64,000 nucleotides of DNA, taken from Nostoc sp. GTDB lineage: Bacteria; Cyanobacteriota; Cyanobacteriia; Cyanobacteriales; Nostocaceae. The first letter of the stretch is position 1, and each line of letters opens with the position of its first letter. This document shows positions 61,875-64,000 of the stretch, piece by piece. The notes under the pieces were generated by a model. That model saw nothing but the letters and a program-made list of their open reading frames with translations, ran no database searches and had not been told where the DNA came from. The translations under genes were made by a program, and so were the position numbers. The stretch is from positions 128,001-192,000 of the forward strand of contig JBALDB010000028.1 in NCBI GenBank assembly GCA_036918135.1, read 5' to 3'.

Positions 61875-62255
61875 ATGACGCAAATTTTCTTAAGCATAGC
61901 TGCTGTTTTAGGTGGTTTGTCAGTTGCTGCTGGTGCTTTTGCTTCCCATGCTTTGCGGGAAAAAATTAGTGAGCGATCGCTAGAAATTTTTGAAACTGGC
62001 GCTCGTTATCAAATGTATCATGCTCTGGCACTTTTTTTAGTAGCACTACTAATTAGTCGCAGCGAATTTACTCAACCCACTCTCGTAGCCAGTGGATGGT
62101 TATTTATCATTGGTATTGCTATTTTCTCAGGAAGTTTATACGCGCTGAGCTTAACTGGTATAAAATCCTTAGGAGCAATTACACCACTAGGCGGGGTAGC
62201 CTTTCTTGCCGGTTGGGGTGCTTTAGCTTTTGCTGCTTGGAATTTAAAGTTGTAA
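61875..62255 (+). CDS. DUF423 family membrane protein
   Basis: GAFASH, YQMYHAL, IFSGSLY, GAITPLGG. Confidence 0.9.
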   Translation: MTQIFLSIAAVLGGLSVAAGAFASHALREKISERSLEIFETGARYQMYHALALFLVALLISRSEFTQPTLVASGWLFIIGIAIFSGSLYALSLTGIKSLGAITPLGGVAFLAGWGALAFAAWNLKL

Positions 62256-62304
62256 AAAAAGTCAGGAGTTAGGAGTTGCAAGTGAATGAATTAACAACTC
62301 CTAA

Positions 62305-63060
62305 CTAATAACTTTTAATTCTCAATCTTAGGAGCAAATTATGTAAAGCTACCTTTGCTGTAGGTGCTTCGGGTAGCGTACTTGTTTCATACGCCTCTTG
62401 CAGGCGATCGCGCAATCGTTCATACTCTTGTTGATGAAAAGCTAGATCAACATTTGATAAAATAGACTTTTCTGCATCTGCCAACTTTTGGGCAATTAAA
62501 TCAGGAATGTATGGTAAATTAAAAACTTCATTGAGCTTAACTAAATTGGCTTCAATCACTCCTGTTTGCATCAGGTAAATCCCAGTCAAGATTACTCGAT
62601 AAATATAAAGTAGTGGCTTGACTCGATATGGTTGTTCTTTCGCAAAAAGTTTCCATTGAGTTGCAGCAAATCCAAAGTAATGATGGCTGTGGTGACGAGT
62701 AATACAGTCTTTGGCAATAATTTTTAATTCTTCATGTTCTGGTGTAGTTTTTAATATTAATGGTGAATACAGTTGCTCCAACACATAACCATTCTTTTTC
62801 AGGAGCAGCAAAAAGAATTTTTTGATATCGTGAGTTACTAAATCAATTTCTAAAGATTCACGAATCTCTGATATTTCAATAGTTTCAGCCCCAGTATTTA
62901 ATCCCACCACTTCTGGTACTGGTAAAATATGCACGCCACGCAAGTCATAATCAGAATCGGGTGACGGAAAACCATATAAGTGAGAACCGCTAATCGTCGC
63001 AAATAAAAGCGGGTAAGGCTGTTGCTCAACTATTGTTCTGATAGATGGTGAAATATCCAT
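62305..63060 (-). CDS. Predicted nucleotidyltransferase (Pol-beta superfamily, YcgL-like)
   Basis: SGSHLYGFPSPDSDYDLRG motif. Confidence 0.85.
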   Translation of the reverse strand: MDISPSIRTIVEQQPYPLLFATISGSHLYGFPSPDSDYDLRGVHILPVPEVVGLNTGAETIEISEIRESLEIDLVTHDIKKFFLLLLKKNGYVLEQLYSPLILKTTPEHEELKIIAKDCITRHHSHHYFGFAATQWKLFAKEQPYRVKPLLYIYRVILTGIYLMQTGVIEANLVKLNEVFNLPYIPDLIAQKLADAEKSILSNVDLAFHQQEYERLRDRLQEAYETSTLPEAPTAKVALHNLLLRLRIKSY

Positions 63061-63138
63061 ATAAAATCTTAGACAAACATTCACAGAGTTCTTGTAAGAC
63101 TAACGTAATAAAATTAGTTAGGACTTTTCAAACGTTCT

Positions 63139-63489
63139 CTACGAATAAAGACTTTCAGCTTTACAATATATTTTTTTAGGCGGTTCGCTGAAGTATTTTA
63201 ATAATGCTGGACATAGCCAACCTTCCAAGTTGTTTTTACTCCAGTAATACCAATGACCGTTATACTCTGCTCTCAACCAAATTAGTTCAGCTTGATAACC
63301 AGGAAACGGATTTGCAGAAAATAAAAGTTTAAAGCCTTCATCAATATTAGCAATATCCTCAACCAAAATATCGATCATTTCGGGTATACCACTGACAAAT
63401 GGTTCTTGGATTAGTTCCATCCGTTCATCATCAAATACCCATGTTTGATTATGTTTATATGGGAAAATTACCATCATTGAATTAGTCAT
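63139..63489 (-). CDS. Conserved hypothetical protein (DUF6717-like)
   Basis: PYK...TWVFDD..L..EPFV.G, GWLCPAL.KYF. Confidence 0.75.
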   Translation of the reverse strand: MTNSMMVIFPYKHNQTWVFDDERMELIQEPFVSGIPEMIDILVEDIANIDEGFKLLFSANPFPGYQAELIWLRAEYNGHWYYWSKNNLEGWLCPALLKYFSEPPKKIYCKAESLYS

Positions 63490-63685
63490 CAGTCATTGTT
63501 TATAAATCGCTGTCATATAAGTTTATGTAAAACATTGTTAAACTAAATATTTTGCATAACGAAGAAGTTAATAAGGTAACATGAGGCAGCACTTACTAAG
63601 AGAATAGCGCAAATTTATCAAAAATTTAGCTAATTTTCCGTAAAAAGCTTATTCTATAAAGCTATTGGGAGCAAATACTTTAATC

Positions 63686-64000
63686 ATGTCCCGTTTACTT
63701 GCCTACCTCGGTTCGCCTATTTCTCTGGAATATCTTCTGTATAAACCAGAACATTCATTGATAGTCCAGAGTTATCAACCCTGCGAAATGACTTCTGGGA
63801 TAGTAAATGCAGATGGCTTTGGTGTAGGTTGGTATCATAGTCAAAAAGATATCGAACCTTTTACCTACAAAAATACTCTACCTATTTGGAATGACATCAA
63901 CCTACCCAGTCTCAGCCGTTACATTGAATCAAAGTGTTTACTTGCTTATATCCGTAGCGCCACACCAGGCCAAGCTGTAGATTTTGCTAATTGTCAGCCG
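63686..64000 (+). CDS. egtC: Class II glutamine amidotransferase, EgtC-like (runs off the window)
   Basis: Manual translation MSRLLAYLG...PEHSLIVQS...[10 protein letters not shown]...PIWND.NL...IRSATPG...NCQP. Confidence 0.85.
   Translation, partial: MSRLLAYLGSPISLEYLLYKPEHSLIVQSYQPCEMTSGIVNADGFGVGWYHSQKDIEPFTYKNTLPIWNDINLPSLSRYIESKCLLAYIRSATPGQAVDFANCQP

Overview
64 kb of chromosome from a heterocyst-forming cyanobacterium (Nostoc-like), judged from frequent HIP1 GCGATCGC octamers, heptameric STRR repeats, psbQ, chlM and nif genes. The left part holds an NB-ARC/TPR (NLR-like) locus whose predicted N-terminal effector is separated from the receptor by one in-frame TGA, an XPB-like helicase/DUF790/EEP/cardiolipin synthase run, and moeB/JAMM genes. 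The middle (about 14.5-41.3 kb, ending at tRNA-Phe) looks accessory. It has three tandem RTX beta-roll paralogs with variable Tyr-rich loops, an IS630 element joining truncated araC and TonB-receptor genes, a HigA-like pseudogene, a Tat esterase and katE. It also has a cluster of Mo-sensing regulator, nifH, nifE-like, nifN-like, dead HsdR-N, mop and LLM monooxygenase with no nifDK, in which the NifE-like protein has lost its cofactor-binding cysteines. The right part is mostly housekeeping: znuABC plus porin, a probable atpT, pncB-nadD-nrtR-nadE with an NrtR box, two cell-wall enzymes, hemJ, psbQ, cyaD, chlM and the start of egtC. MITE-like elements and HIP1-targeting small repeats occur throughout, some nested and some in frame inside genes. 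No CRISPR array, rRNA or reverse transcriptase was seen. All calls come from motif recognition by eye, without database searches.
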